A DNA stretch of 64,000 nt, taken from the human T2T-CHM13v2.0 reference genome, Homo sapiens. Of the stretch, positions 29,201-42,375 are shown piece by piece. The position numbers and the translations under genes are program-made. Each line of letters opens with the position of its first letter. Position 1 is the first letter of the stretch. The DNA lies in the NCBI RefSeq assembly GCF_009914755.1, contig NC_060940.1. The stretch is one strand, 5' to 3'. The notes beneath the pieces were generated by a model. It was not told where the DNA came from, did not search any database, and worked only from the letters and a program-made list of their open reading frames with translations.

Positions 29201-32200
29201 TGTGATGATTCCATTCTATTCTATTCGATGATGATTCCATTCGGTTCCATTCGATGATGATTGGATTCGATTCCATTTGATGATTTCATTTGATTCCATT
29301 CGTTAATGATTTCGATCAATTCCATTCGATGATTCCATTCGATTCCATTCGATAATGATTACATCCGTGTCCATTCAGTGATTCCATTTGAGCCTGTTCG
29401 ATAATTCCATTTGAGTCCAACCAATGATTCCATTCATTTCCATTCAATGATTCCATTCGAGTCCATTTGATCATTCCGGTAGGGTCCATTCGATGTTGAT
29501 TCCATTGGAGTGCATTCGATGATTCCATTCGAGTCCATTTTACGATTTGATTCGAGTCCTTTCGATGATTCCATTCGATTCCACTCGATGATGATTTCAT
29601 TCGAGTCCATTCGACACTTCCAATCGATTCCATTTGATGTTTCCATTCGAGTCCAATTGATGATTCCATTCAATTCCATTCGATGATGATTCCGTACGAT
29701 TCCATTCTGTGATGATTCCATGTGATTGCATTCAATGATGATTCCTTTAGATTGCATTCGATTGTGATTCATTTCGTCTTCATTCTATGGTTCCACAGGT
29801 TTCCATTCGTGTCCATTCCATTATTCCATTCTATTCCATTTGATGATGATTCCATTCGATTCCATTCATTGGTGATTCCACTCAATTCCATTCAATGATT
29901 CCATTCCATTTCTTTCAGCAATGATTCCATTAGTTTCTAATCGATGATCCACTTGATTCCATTTGACGACAATTCCATTCTTGTCCATTCGATGATTCCA
30001 TTTGATTCCATATGATGATGATTCCATTCGATTCCATACCATGATGATTCCATTCGAGTCCATTCAATGGTGATTCCATTCAATTCCATTCGATGATTCC
30101 TTTCGATTCCATTCGATGATGATGGCATTCGATTCCTTTCAATCATTCCCTTTGATTCCATTCAAAGGTGATTTCATTCAAGTCCATTCGATAATTGCAT
30201 TCGATTCCATTCTATGATGATTCCATTCGAGTCCATTTGATGATTCCATTCAATTCAAGTCAATGATGATTCCATTCGATTCCATTCGATGATTCCATTG
30301 GATTCCATTCGATGATGATTCCATTCAAATCCATTCGATAATTCAATTCAAGTCCATTCGATGATGATTCCAATCGAATCCATTCAAAGATTCCATTCAG
30401 TTCCATTCGATGATAACCTTAGATTCCATTCGATGATTCCACTTGTTTCCATTTACGATGATTCCATTCGATTCCATGTGATGATTCCATTCAATTCTAT
30501 TCAATGCTGTTTCCATTTGATTCCATTCGACCATGATTGCCTTTGATTCCATTCAATGACTGCATTCGGTTCCTTTTGATGATGATTCCGTTCGATTCCA
30601 TTTCATTATTCCATTTGATTCCATTGGATGAGTCCATTCGATTACATTCGATGATTATTCCATTCGAGTGCATTAGATGATTCCATTCGAGTCCATTCGA
30701 TGATTCCATTCGATTCCATTCGATGTTGATTCTGTTCAAATCCATTCGATGATTCCACTCGATTCCATTCGATGACTCCAGTTGATCCCATTCGATGATT
30801 TCCTTTGATTCCCTTTGATGATCATTCCATTTGATTCAATTCGGTGATTTCATTTGATTCCATTCAGTGATGTTTCCATTCGACTCCATTCGATGATGAT
30901 TCCATTCGACTCCATTCGATTATGATTTCATTCAATTCCATTCGATAATGATTCCCTTCGAGTCCATTCGATGATTCCATTCGATTCCATTCAACGATGA
31001 TTTGATTCGTGTCCATTCGATGATTCCATTTGATTCCACTTGATGATGATTCCATTCGAGTCCATTTGATGATTCCATTCAATTCCATTCTCCGATGATT
31101 TCTTTTGAGCCCATTCAATGCTTCCACTCGATTCCATATGATGATGACTCCATTCGATGAAATTCGATGATGATTCCATTCGCTTGCATTCGATGATGAT
31201 TCCACTTGAGTCCATTAGAAGATTCTATTCAATTACATTCCATGACGATTCCGTTCGAGTCCATTTGATGATTCCATTAGACTCCATTCGACGATGATTC
31301 CATTCGATGTTATTCGATGATTCCATTCGATCTCATTTGATGATGATTCCATTCAACTCCATTCGATGTTTCCATTCGAGTTCATTCTATTATTCCATTA
31401 GATTCCATTCGATGATGATTCCATTCGATTCCATTTGATGATTGCATTCTATTTCATTTGATGATGATTCCATTCGAGTCCACTCGATGATTCCATTCGA
31501 GTCCATTTAATGAATCCATTGGTTTCAATTCTATGATGATTACATTGGATTCCATTCGTTGATGATTTCATTCGGTTCCATTCAATGATGATTCCATTCA
31601 ATTCCTTTCAATGTTTCCATTCAATTCCATACGATGATGATTCCATTTGATTTGATTCGACAGTGAGCCATTCGATTCAATTCCATGATGATTCTATTTG
31701 ATTCAATTGGTTGACATTTCCATTCGATTCCATTCCATGATGATTCCATTTGATTCCATTCAAAGATGATTCCATTCTAGCCCATTCAATCATTCCATTC
31801 GATTCTATTCAATGATGATTCCATTCATGTCGATTTGGTGATTCCATTTGACTTCATTTGATGATGATTCCTTTCAAGTTCATTAGATGATTCCATTCGA
31901 TTCCATTTGATGATGATCCCATTCGAGTCCATTCAGTGATTCCACTCGTTTCCATTCCATGATGATTCCATTCCATTCCATTCAATGATTCCATTCGATT
32001 CCGTTTGATGATGATTTCATTCGAGTCCATTTGATGATTCCATTTGATTCCATTCGATGATGATTCCATTCGAGTCCATTCGATGATTCTATTCGAATCC
32101 ATTTGATGATTTCTTTTGATTATAGTTGGTGATGATTCCATTGGAGTCCATTCAATGATTCCATTCGATTCCAATCGATGGTGATTCCATTAGAGTCCAT

Positions 32201-35200
32201 TTAATGATTCCATTTGATTCCAGTCTCTGATGATTACATTCGAGTCCATACGATGATTCCACTCAATTCCATATGATGATGATTCCATTCGATTCCATTC
32301 GATGATTCCATTCTATTCTATTCAATGGTGATTCCATTCGAGTACATTAGATGATTCCATTCGATTCCATTCAATGATGATTCTATTTGTGTCCCTTAGA
32401 TGATTCCACATGATTCCATTAGATGATGATACTATTTGAGCCCATCCAATGATTCCCTTCGATATCATTCGATGAGGATTCCATTCGATTCAATTCATTG
32501 GTGATTCTATTCAATTCTATTCTTTGATTCCATTCCATTCCATTCGACAATGATTCCATTCGATTTCTTTCGATGATTCCACTCGATTCCACTTGACATT
32601 GATTCCCTTCGATTCCATTCAATGATTCCATTTGATTCCAGTGGATGATGATTGCCATCGATTCCATTCGATCACTCCATTCTATTCCATTTGATGATGA
32701 TTACATTCGATTCCATTTGACGATTCCATCTGATTCTATTCGAGGATTCCATTTGATTCCATTCGATGATGATTCCATTCGAGTCCATTCGATGATTTCA
32801 TTCGAGTACATCCAATGATTCCATTCGAGTCCATTTGATGATTCCATTTGATTCCATTTGATAATGATTCTACTAGAGTCCATTCAATGACTCCATTCGA
32901 GTCCATTCAACAATTCCATTCGACTCCATTTGATGATTCCATTCGATTCCATTTGATGATTCCATTCGAGTCCATTTAATCATTACAGTCGAGTCCATTT
33001 GGTGATTCCACCGGATTTCTTTTGATAATGATACCATTCAATTACATTTGATGATGATCCCATTCAATTTCATTTGATGATGATTCCATTAGAGTCCATT
33101 CGATGATTTCATTCGAGTCCCTTCATTGATTCCATCCGATTTCATTGGATGATGACTCCATTCGAGTCCATTCGATGATTCCACTCGATTCCATTAGATG
33201 ATTCCATTGGAGTCCATTTGATTGTTCCATTCGATTCCATTCGATTCCTTTCGAAGATTATTCCATTTGAGTCCATTCGATGATGATTCCATTCCATTCC
33301 ATTCGATGATTCCGTTTGATTCCATTCGATGATTCCCTTCGATTCCTTTCTTTGATGATTCCATTCCATTCCATTCAATGATTCCATTCGAATCTATTCC
33401 ATGATGATTCCTTTCGATTCCATTCGCTGATGTTTCCGTTCAATTCCATTCGATGATGATTCCATTCGATTCCATTCATTGAGGATTCCATTTGATTCCA
33501 TTAAATGATGATTCCGTTCTATTCCATTCAATGATTGCATTCAATTCCATTCAATGATTATCCCCTTAGAGTAAACTCAACGATTCCATTCAATACCATT
33601 CGATGATGATTCCTTTTGAGTCCATTCAATGATTTCATTCAAGTCCATTTGATGATTCCTTTCAATTCCATTCTATGATGATTCCATTCGAGTCCATTCG
33701 ATGATTCCATTCGATTGCATTCGATTATTCCATTATATTCCAGTCAACGATGATTCCATTCGAGTCCATTCCATGATTCCATTAGAGTACATTTAATGAT
33801 TGCTTTGTTTTCAATTCGAAGATGATTACATTGGATTCCATTCTATGATACCATTCGATTCCATTCAATGATGATTCCACTCAAATCCATTGGATGATTC
33901 CATTCGTGTCCATTCGGTGATTTCATTAGATTCCATTCGAGGATGATTCCATTCGATTCCATTCGATGATTCCATTCAATTCCATTCGATGATGATTCCA
34001 TTCCAGTCCATATGATCATTCCATTTGATTTCATTCGATGATGATTCCATTCGATTCCATTCGATGATTCCATTCTATTCCATTCGATGATGATTCCATT
34101 CGAGTCCATTCGATGATTCCATTCGAGTCCATTTAATGATTCCATTGGGTTCAATTCAATGATGATTACATTGGATTCCGTTCTATGATTCCATTCAATT
34201 CCGTTCATTGACAATTTGATTCCATTCGATGATGATTCCATTTGAGTTCATTCGATGATTCTATTCGATTCTCTTCGATGGTGATTCAATTCTATTATAT
34301 TGGATGATTCCATTCGATTCCATTTGATGTTGATTCAATTCGATTCTATTCGATGATGATTCCATTGGATTTCACTTGATGATTCTATTCGATTCCATTC
34401 AATGATGATTCACTTCTCGTCCATTGGATGATTCCATTTCATTCCATTCGATGATGATTCCATTCGATTCCATTCGATGATTCCATTTGATTCCATGCGA
34501 CGGTGAGCAATTCGATTCAATTCCATGATGATTCTATTTGATTCAATTAGATGATGTTTCCATTCGAATCCATTCCATGATTATTCCATTGGAATCCATT
34601 TGGCGATGATTCCATATGAGTCAATTCAATGATGATTCCATATGTGTCCGTTCGATGATAATTCCATTTGATTTCATTCGATGCTTCTATTCAATTCCAG
34701 TCGATGATGATTCCGTTGGAGTCCATACGATGATTCCATTTGATTTCATTTGATGATGATTCCATTCGATGATGATTACATTGGATTCCATTCTATGATT
34801 CCATTCAATTCCATTCGTTGATGATTCGATTCCATTCAATGATGATTCCATTTGAGTTCATTCGATGATTCTATTCGATTCCGTTCGATGGTGATTCAAT
34901 TCTCTTATATTGGATGATTCCACTCGATTCCATTTGATGATTATTCCATTGGAGTCCACTTAGTGAATCCTTTAGATTCTACTCGAAGATGATTCCATTC
35001 GAGTCCATTCAATGATACCATTCAATTTCATTCGTTGATGCTTCCATTCAAGTGCATTCGATGATATCATTCGATTCCATTTGATGATAATTCCATTTGA
35101 TTCCATGCGATGATTCTATTCGATTCCATTCAATGATAATTCCATTCAATTCAGTGATTCCTCTGGACTCCATTTGATGATGATTCCATTCAATGATTCC

Positions 35201-38200
35201 ATTCGATTCTATTCCAAAATGATTCCATTTGAATCCATTTGATGATGATTCCATTAGATTCCATTTGATGATTCCATTCGATTCCATTTGACGATGATTC
35301 CATTCGATTCCATTTGATGATTCCATTCTATTCTATTCGATGATGATTCCATTCGATTCCATTTGATGATGATTGGATTCGATTCCATTTGATGATTTCA
35401 TTTGATTCCATTCGTTAATGATTTCGATCAACTCCATTCGATGATTCCATTTGATTCCATTCGATAATGATTACATCCGAGTCCATTCGATGATTCCATT
35501 TGAGCCCGTTCGATAATTCCATTTGAGTCCAATCAATGATTCCATTCATTTCCATTCAATGATTCCATTCGAGTCCATTTGATCATTCTGGTAGGGTCCG
35601 TTCGATGTTGATTCCATTGGAGTGCATTCGATGATTCCATTCGAGTCCATTATATGATTTGATTCGAGTCCTTTCGATGATTCCATTCGATTCCACTCGA
35701 TGATGATTTCATTCGAGTCCATTCGACACTTCCAATTGATTCCATTTGATGTTTCCATTCGAGTCCAATTGATGATTCCATTCAATTCCATTCGATGATG
35801 ATTCCGTACGATTCCATTCTGTGATGATTCCATGTGATTGCATTCAATGATGATTCCTTTCGACTGCATTCGATTATGATTCATTTCGTGTTCATTCTAT
35901 GGTTCCACAGGTTTCCATTCGATGACGTTTCCGTTCGTGTCCATTCCATTATTCCATTCTATTTCATTTGATGATGATTCCATTCGATTCCATTCATTGG
36001 TGATTCCACTCAATTCCATTCAATGATTCCATTCCATTTCTTTCAACAATGATTCCATTAGTTTCTATTCGATGATCCACTTGATTCCATTTGGCGATGA
36101 TTCCATTCGTGTCCATTCGATGATTCCATTTGATTCCATATGATGATGATTCCTTTCGATTCCATACCATGATGATTCCATTCGAGTCCATTCAATGGTG
36201 ATTCCATTCAATTCCATTCGATGATTCCTTCCGATTCCATTCGATGATGATGGCATTCGATTCCTTTCAATCATTCCCTTTCATTCCATTCAAAGGTGAT
36301 TTCATTCAAGTCCATTCGATAATTGCATTCGATTCCATTCTATGATGATTCCATTCGAGTCCATTTGATGATTCCATTCAATTCAAGTCAATGATGATTC
36401 CATTCGATTCCACTCGATGATTCCATTGGATTCCATTCGATGATGATTCCATTCAAATCCATTCGATAATTCAATTCAAGTCCATTCGATGATGATTCCA
36501 ATCGAATCCATTCAAAGATTCCATTCAATTCCATTCGATGATGATTCCCTTAGATTCCATTCGATGATTCCACTTGATTCCATTTACGATGATTCCATTC
36601 GATTCCATGTGATGAATCCATTCAATTCTATTCAATGATGTTTCCATTTGATTCCATTGGACCATGATTGCCTTTGATTCCATTCAATGATTCCATTCGG
36701 TTCCATTTGATGATGATTCCGTTCGATTCCATTTCATTATTCCATTTGATTCCATTGGATGAGTCCATTCGATTACATTCGATGATTATTCCATTCGAGT
36801 GCATTAGATGATTGCATTCGAGTCCATTCGATGATTCCATTCGATTCCATTCGATGTTGATTCTGTTCAAATCCATTCGATGATTCCACTCGATTCCATT
36901 CGATGACTCCATTTGATCCCATTCGATGATTTCCTGTGATTCCCTTTGATGATCATTCTATTTGATTCAATTCGGTGATTTCATTTCATTCCATTCAGTG
37001 ATGTTTCCATTCGACTGTATTCGATGATGATTCCATTCGACTCCATTCGATTATGATTTCATTCAATTCCATTCAATAATGATTCCCTTCGAGTCCATTC
37101 GATGATTCCATTCGATTCCATTCAACGATGATTTGATTCGTGTCCATTCGATGATTCCATTTGATTCCACTTGATGATGATTCCATTCGAGTCCATTTGA
37201 TGATTCCATTCGAGTCTATTTATGTATTATATTCGTGTCCACTTCATGATTCCATTCAATTCCATTTAATGTTGATTCCATTTGATTCCATTTGATGATT
37301 CAGTTCGATTCCTTGCAATGATTCCCTACGATTCCTTTCTATGATGATTCCATTCGATTCCATTCATTGATGATTTCATTCGACTCCATTCGATGATGAT
37401 TCCTTTCGATTCCATTTGACGATGTTTCCATTCGAGTCCATTTGATGATGATTCTATTCAATTCTGTTCTATTATGATTCCATTCGATTTCATTCAATGC
37501 TTCTATTTGATTCCATTCGATGATGATTCCATCTCTTTCCCTTCGATGATTCCATTTGATTCCATTCAGTGATGATTCCATTTGATTCCATCTGATGATG
37601 ATTTCACTTGATTCCTTTCAATGATGATTCAATTCAAGTCCATTCGATGATTCCATTGGAGTCCAAACGATCATTCCGTTCGATTCCATTCAATGGTGAT
37701 TCCATTCATGTCCATTCGATGAATCCATTCAATTCCATTCGATGATGACTCCATTCGAGTACATTCGATGATTCCATTTGATTCCATTTGAAGATGATTC
37801 CATTCAATTCCATTCGAAGATGATTCCATTCAATTCCATTCGATGATGATTCCGTATGAATCCATTCTCTGATTATTCCATTCGATTCCATTCATTGACG
37901 ATTCCATTCAATTCCATTCAATGATGATTCTCTTCTATTCCATTCGATGATTCCGGTCGATTCCATTCGATGATGATTCCATTAGATTCCATTCGATTGT
38001 TGCATTCGATTCCCTTCGATGATGATTCCTTTGAATTCCATTCGATTATCATTCCGTATGAATCCATTTGATGATTATTCCATTGGATTCCTTTCGATGA
38101 TGATTCCATTCGATTCCATTTGATGATGTTTCTCTTGTATTCCATTGGATAATTCCTTTCAGTTCCCTTCGATGATTATTCTTTCGAGTCAATTCGATGA

Positions 38201-41200
38201 TTCTATTCCATTCCCTTCGATGATGATTCCATTTCACTCCATTTGATGATTCCATTCGACTCAATTTGGTGATGATTCAATTCGATGACATTCGATGACT
38301 CCATTCAATTTCATTTGATGATGATTACATTCGAGTCCATTTGATGATTGTATTCCTTTCCTTTTGATGATTATTCCATTCGTGTCTATTCAAAGGTTCC
38401 ATTCTATTCCATTCAATGATGATTGCATTTGATTCCATTCAATGATTATGGCTATCGATTCCACTCGTTGATTCCATTTGATTCCGTTCGATGATTATTC
38501 CGTTAGATTCCATTAGAAGATTCCATTCGATTTTATTCAATGATTCCAATGGATTCCATTCAATGATGATTCCATTCGACACCATTCAGTGATTCCATTC
38601 GAGTCCATTTGATGATTCCATTCTTTTCCATTTGATGATGATTCCATTAGGGTCCATTCAATGATTCCATTCGAGTCCATTCGTTAATGCCTTTCGAGTC
38701 CTTTTGATCACTACATTCGAGTCCATTCAATGATTCTATTCGATTCCATTCCATGATGATTCCATTCGAGTTCATTCGATGATTGCATTCGAGTCCATTT
38801 GATGATTCCATATGATTCCCTTCGACAATGATTCCATTCGTGTCCATTTGATGATTCCATTCATTTCCTATCGATGAAGATTCCATTCAAGTGTATTCGA
38901 TGATTCCATTCAAATCCATTCGATGATGATTCCATTCCAGTCCATTCGATCATTCCACTTGATTCCATTTGATGACTATTCCATTCAAATCCATTTGATG
39001 ATTCCATTCGATTCCATTCGATGTTACCATTCGAGTATATACGATGATTCCACTCGATTCCATTTGATGATTATTCCATTGGAGTCCACTTAGTGAATCC
39101 TTTAGATTCTACTCGAAGATGATTCCATTCGAGTCCATTCGATGATACCATTCAATTCCATTCGTTGATGCTTCCATTCAAGTGCATTCGATGATATCAT
39201 TCGATTCCATTTGATGATAATTCCATTTGATTCCATGCGATGATTCTATTCGATTCCATTCAATGATAATTCCATTCAATTCAGTGATTCCTCTGGACTC
39301 CATTTGATGATGATTCCATTCAATGATTCCATTCGATTCTATTCGAAAATGATTCCATTTGAATCCATTTGATGATGATTCCATTGGATTCCATTTGATG
39401 ATTCCATTCGATTCCATTCGACGATGATTCCATTCGATTCCTTTTGATGATTCCATTCTATTGTATTCGATGATGATTCCATTCGATTCCATTCGATGAT
39501 GATTGGATTCGATTCCATTTGATGATTTCATTTGATTCCATTCGATAATGATTTCGATCAATTCCATTCGATGATTCCATTCGATTCCATTCGATAATGA
39601 TTACATCCGAGTCCATTCGATGATTCCATTGGAGCCCGTTCGATAATTCCATTTGAGTCCAATCAATGATTCCATTCATTTCCATTCAATGATTCCATTC
39701 GAGTCCATTTGATCATTCCGGTAGGGTCCGTTCGATGTTGATTCCATTGGAGTGCATTCGATGATTCCATTCGAGTCCATTTTAGGATTTGATTCGAGTC
39801 CTTTCGATGATTCCATTCGATTCCACTCGATGATTTCATTCGAGTCCATTCGACACTTCCAATCGATTCCATTTGATGTTTCCATTCGATTCCAATTGAT
39901 GATTCCATTCAATTCCATTCGATGATGATTCCGTACGATTCCATTCTGTGATGATTCCATGTGATTGCATTCAATGATGATTCCTTTCGATTGCATTCGA
40001 TTATGATTCATTTCGTGTTCATTCTATGGTTCCACAGGTTTCCATTCGATGATGTTTCCATTCGTGTCCATTCCATTATTCCATTCTATTCCATTTGAAG
40101 ATGATTCCATTCGATTCCATTCATTGGTGATTCCACTCAATTCCATTCAATGATTCCATTCCATTTCTTTCAACAATGATTCCATTAGTTTCTATTCGAT
40201 GATCCACTTGATTCCATTTGACGATGATTCCATTCGTGTCCATTCGATGATTCCATTTGATTCCATATGATGATGATTCTATTCGATTCCATACGATGAT
40301 GATTCCATTCGAGTCCATTCAATGGTGATTCCATTCAATTCCATTCGATGATTCCTTTCGATTCCATTCAATGATGATGGCATTCGATTCCTTTCGATCA
40401 TTCCCTTTGATTCCATTCAAAGGTGATTTCATTCAAGTCCATTCGATAATTGCATTCGATTCCATTCTATGATGATTCCATTCGAGTCCATTTGATGATT
40501 CCATTCAATTCAAGTCAATGATGATTCCATTCGATTCCATTCGATGATTCCATTGGATTCCATTCGATGATGATTCCATTCAAATCCATTCGATAATTCA
40601 ATTCAAGTCCATTCGATGATGATTCCAATCGAATCCATTCAAAGATTCCACTCAATTCCATTCGATGATGATTCCCTTAGATTCCATTCGATGATTCCAC
40701 TTGATTCCATTTACGATGATTCCATTCGATTCCATGTGATGATTCCATTCAATTCTATTCAATGATGTTTCCACTTGATTCCATTCGAACATGATTGCCT
40801 TTGATTCCATTCAATGATTCCATACGGTTCCATTTGATGATGATTCCATTCGAGTGCATTAGATGATTCCATTCGAGTCCATTCGATGATTCCATTCGAT
40901 TCCATTCGATGTTGATTCTGTTCAAATCCATTCGATGATTCCACTCGATTCCATTCGATGACTCCATTTGATCCCATTCGATGATTTCCTTTGATTCCCT
41001 TTGATGATCATTCCATTTGATTCAATTCGGTGATTTCATTTGATTCCATTCAGTGATGTTTCCATTCAACTCCTTTCGATGATGATTCCATTCGACTCCA
41101 TTCGATTATGATTTCATTCAATTCCATTCGATAATGATTCCCTTCAAGTCCATTCGATGATTCCATTCGATTCCATTCAACGATGATTTGATTCGTGTCC

Positions 41201-42375
41201 ATTCGATGATTCCATTTGATTCCATTTGATGATGATTCCATTCGAGTCCCTTTGATGATTCCATTCAATTCCATTCTCCGATGATTTCTTTTGAGCCCAT
41301 TCAATGCTTCCACTCGATTCCATATGATGATGACTCCATTTGATGAAATTCCATGATGATTCCATTCGCTTGCATTCGATGATGATTCCACTTGAGTCAG
41401 TTAGAAGATTCTATTCAATTACATTCCATGACGATTCTGTTCGAGTCCATTTGATGATTCCATTAGACTCCATTCGACGATGATTCCATTCGATGTTATT
41501 CGATGATGATTCCATTCAACTCCATTCGATGTTTCCATTCGAGTTCATTCTATTATTCCATTAGATTCCATTCGATGATGATTCCATTCGATTCCATTTG
41601 ATGATTGCATTCTAGTTCATTTGATGATGATTCCATTCGAGTCCATTCGATGATTCCATTCGAGTCCATTTAATGAATCCATTGGTTTCAATTCTATGAT
41701 GATTACATTGGATTCCATTCGTTGATGATTTCATTCGATTCCATTCAATGATGATTCCATTCAATTCCATTCAATGATTCCACTCAATTCCATACGATGA
41801 TGATTCCATTTGATTTGATTCGACAGTGAGCCATTCGATTCAATTCCATGATGATTCTATTTGATTCAATTGGTTGACATTTCCATTCGATTCCATTCGA
41901 TGATGATTCCATTTGATTCCATTCAAAGATGATTCCATTCTAGCCCATTCAATCATTCCATTCGATTCTATTCAATGATGATTCCATTCATGTCGATTTG
42001 GTGATTCCATTTGACTTCATTTGATGATGATTCCTTTCAAGTTCATTAGATGATTCCATTCGATTCCATTTGATGATGATCCCATTCGAGTCTATTCAGT
42101 GATTCCACTCGTTTCCATTCCATGATGATTCCATTCCATTCCATTCAATGATTCCATTCGATTCCGTTTGATGATGATTTCATTCGAGTCCATTTGATGA
42201 TTCCATTTGATTCCATTTGATGATGATTACATTCGAGTCCATACGATGATTCCACTCAATTCCATATGATGATGATTCCATTCGATTCCATTCGATGATT
42301 CCAGTCTATTCTATTCAATGGTGATTCCATTCGAGTACATTAGATGATTCCATTCGATTCCATTCAATGATGATT
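26281..42375 (+). repeat. 16,095-bp higher-order super-repeat, copy 1 (phase arbitrary)
   Basis: ORF landmarks recur at +16095: 26281->42376, 30864->46959, 37339->53434, 41050->57145. Diagnostic variants also recur, e.g. attcgaggccattcg, tgataacctt, ccatgcgtcgg. Confidence 0.95.
37212..39042 (+). repeat. ~1.83-kb non-canonical HSat2 segment, absent from the 6.1-kb unit, copy 1
   Basis: Colinearity with the unit is lost at gagtctatttatgtattatattcg (unit pos ~484) and resumes at gatgattccactcgattcc (unit pos ~4316). ORF landmarks 37339-38886 have no counterpart in 1-26000. Confidence 0.9.

Noticed and set aside
37212-37235. AT-rich TATA-like patch (tctatttatgtattatatt) at the left edge of the foreign block
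   Set aside because: It is short, explicable as a decayed satellite monomer, and has no other promoter evidence.
37212-39042. Mobile-element insertion
   Set aside because: The segment is itself CATTC-derived satellite, replaces rather than interrupts the unit, and has no TSD, poly(A), LTR/TIR or Alu/L1 similarity.
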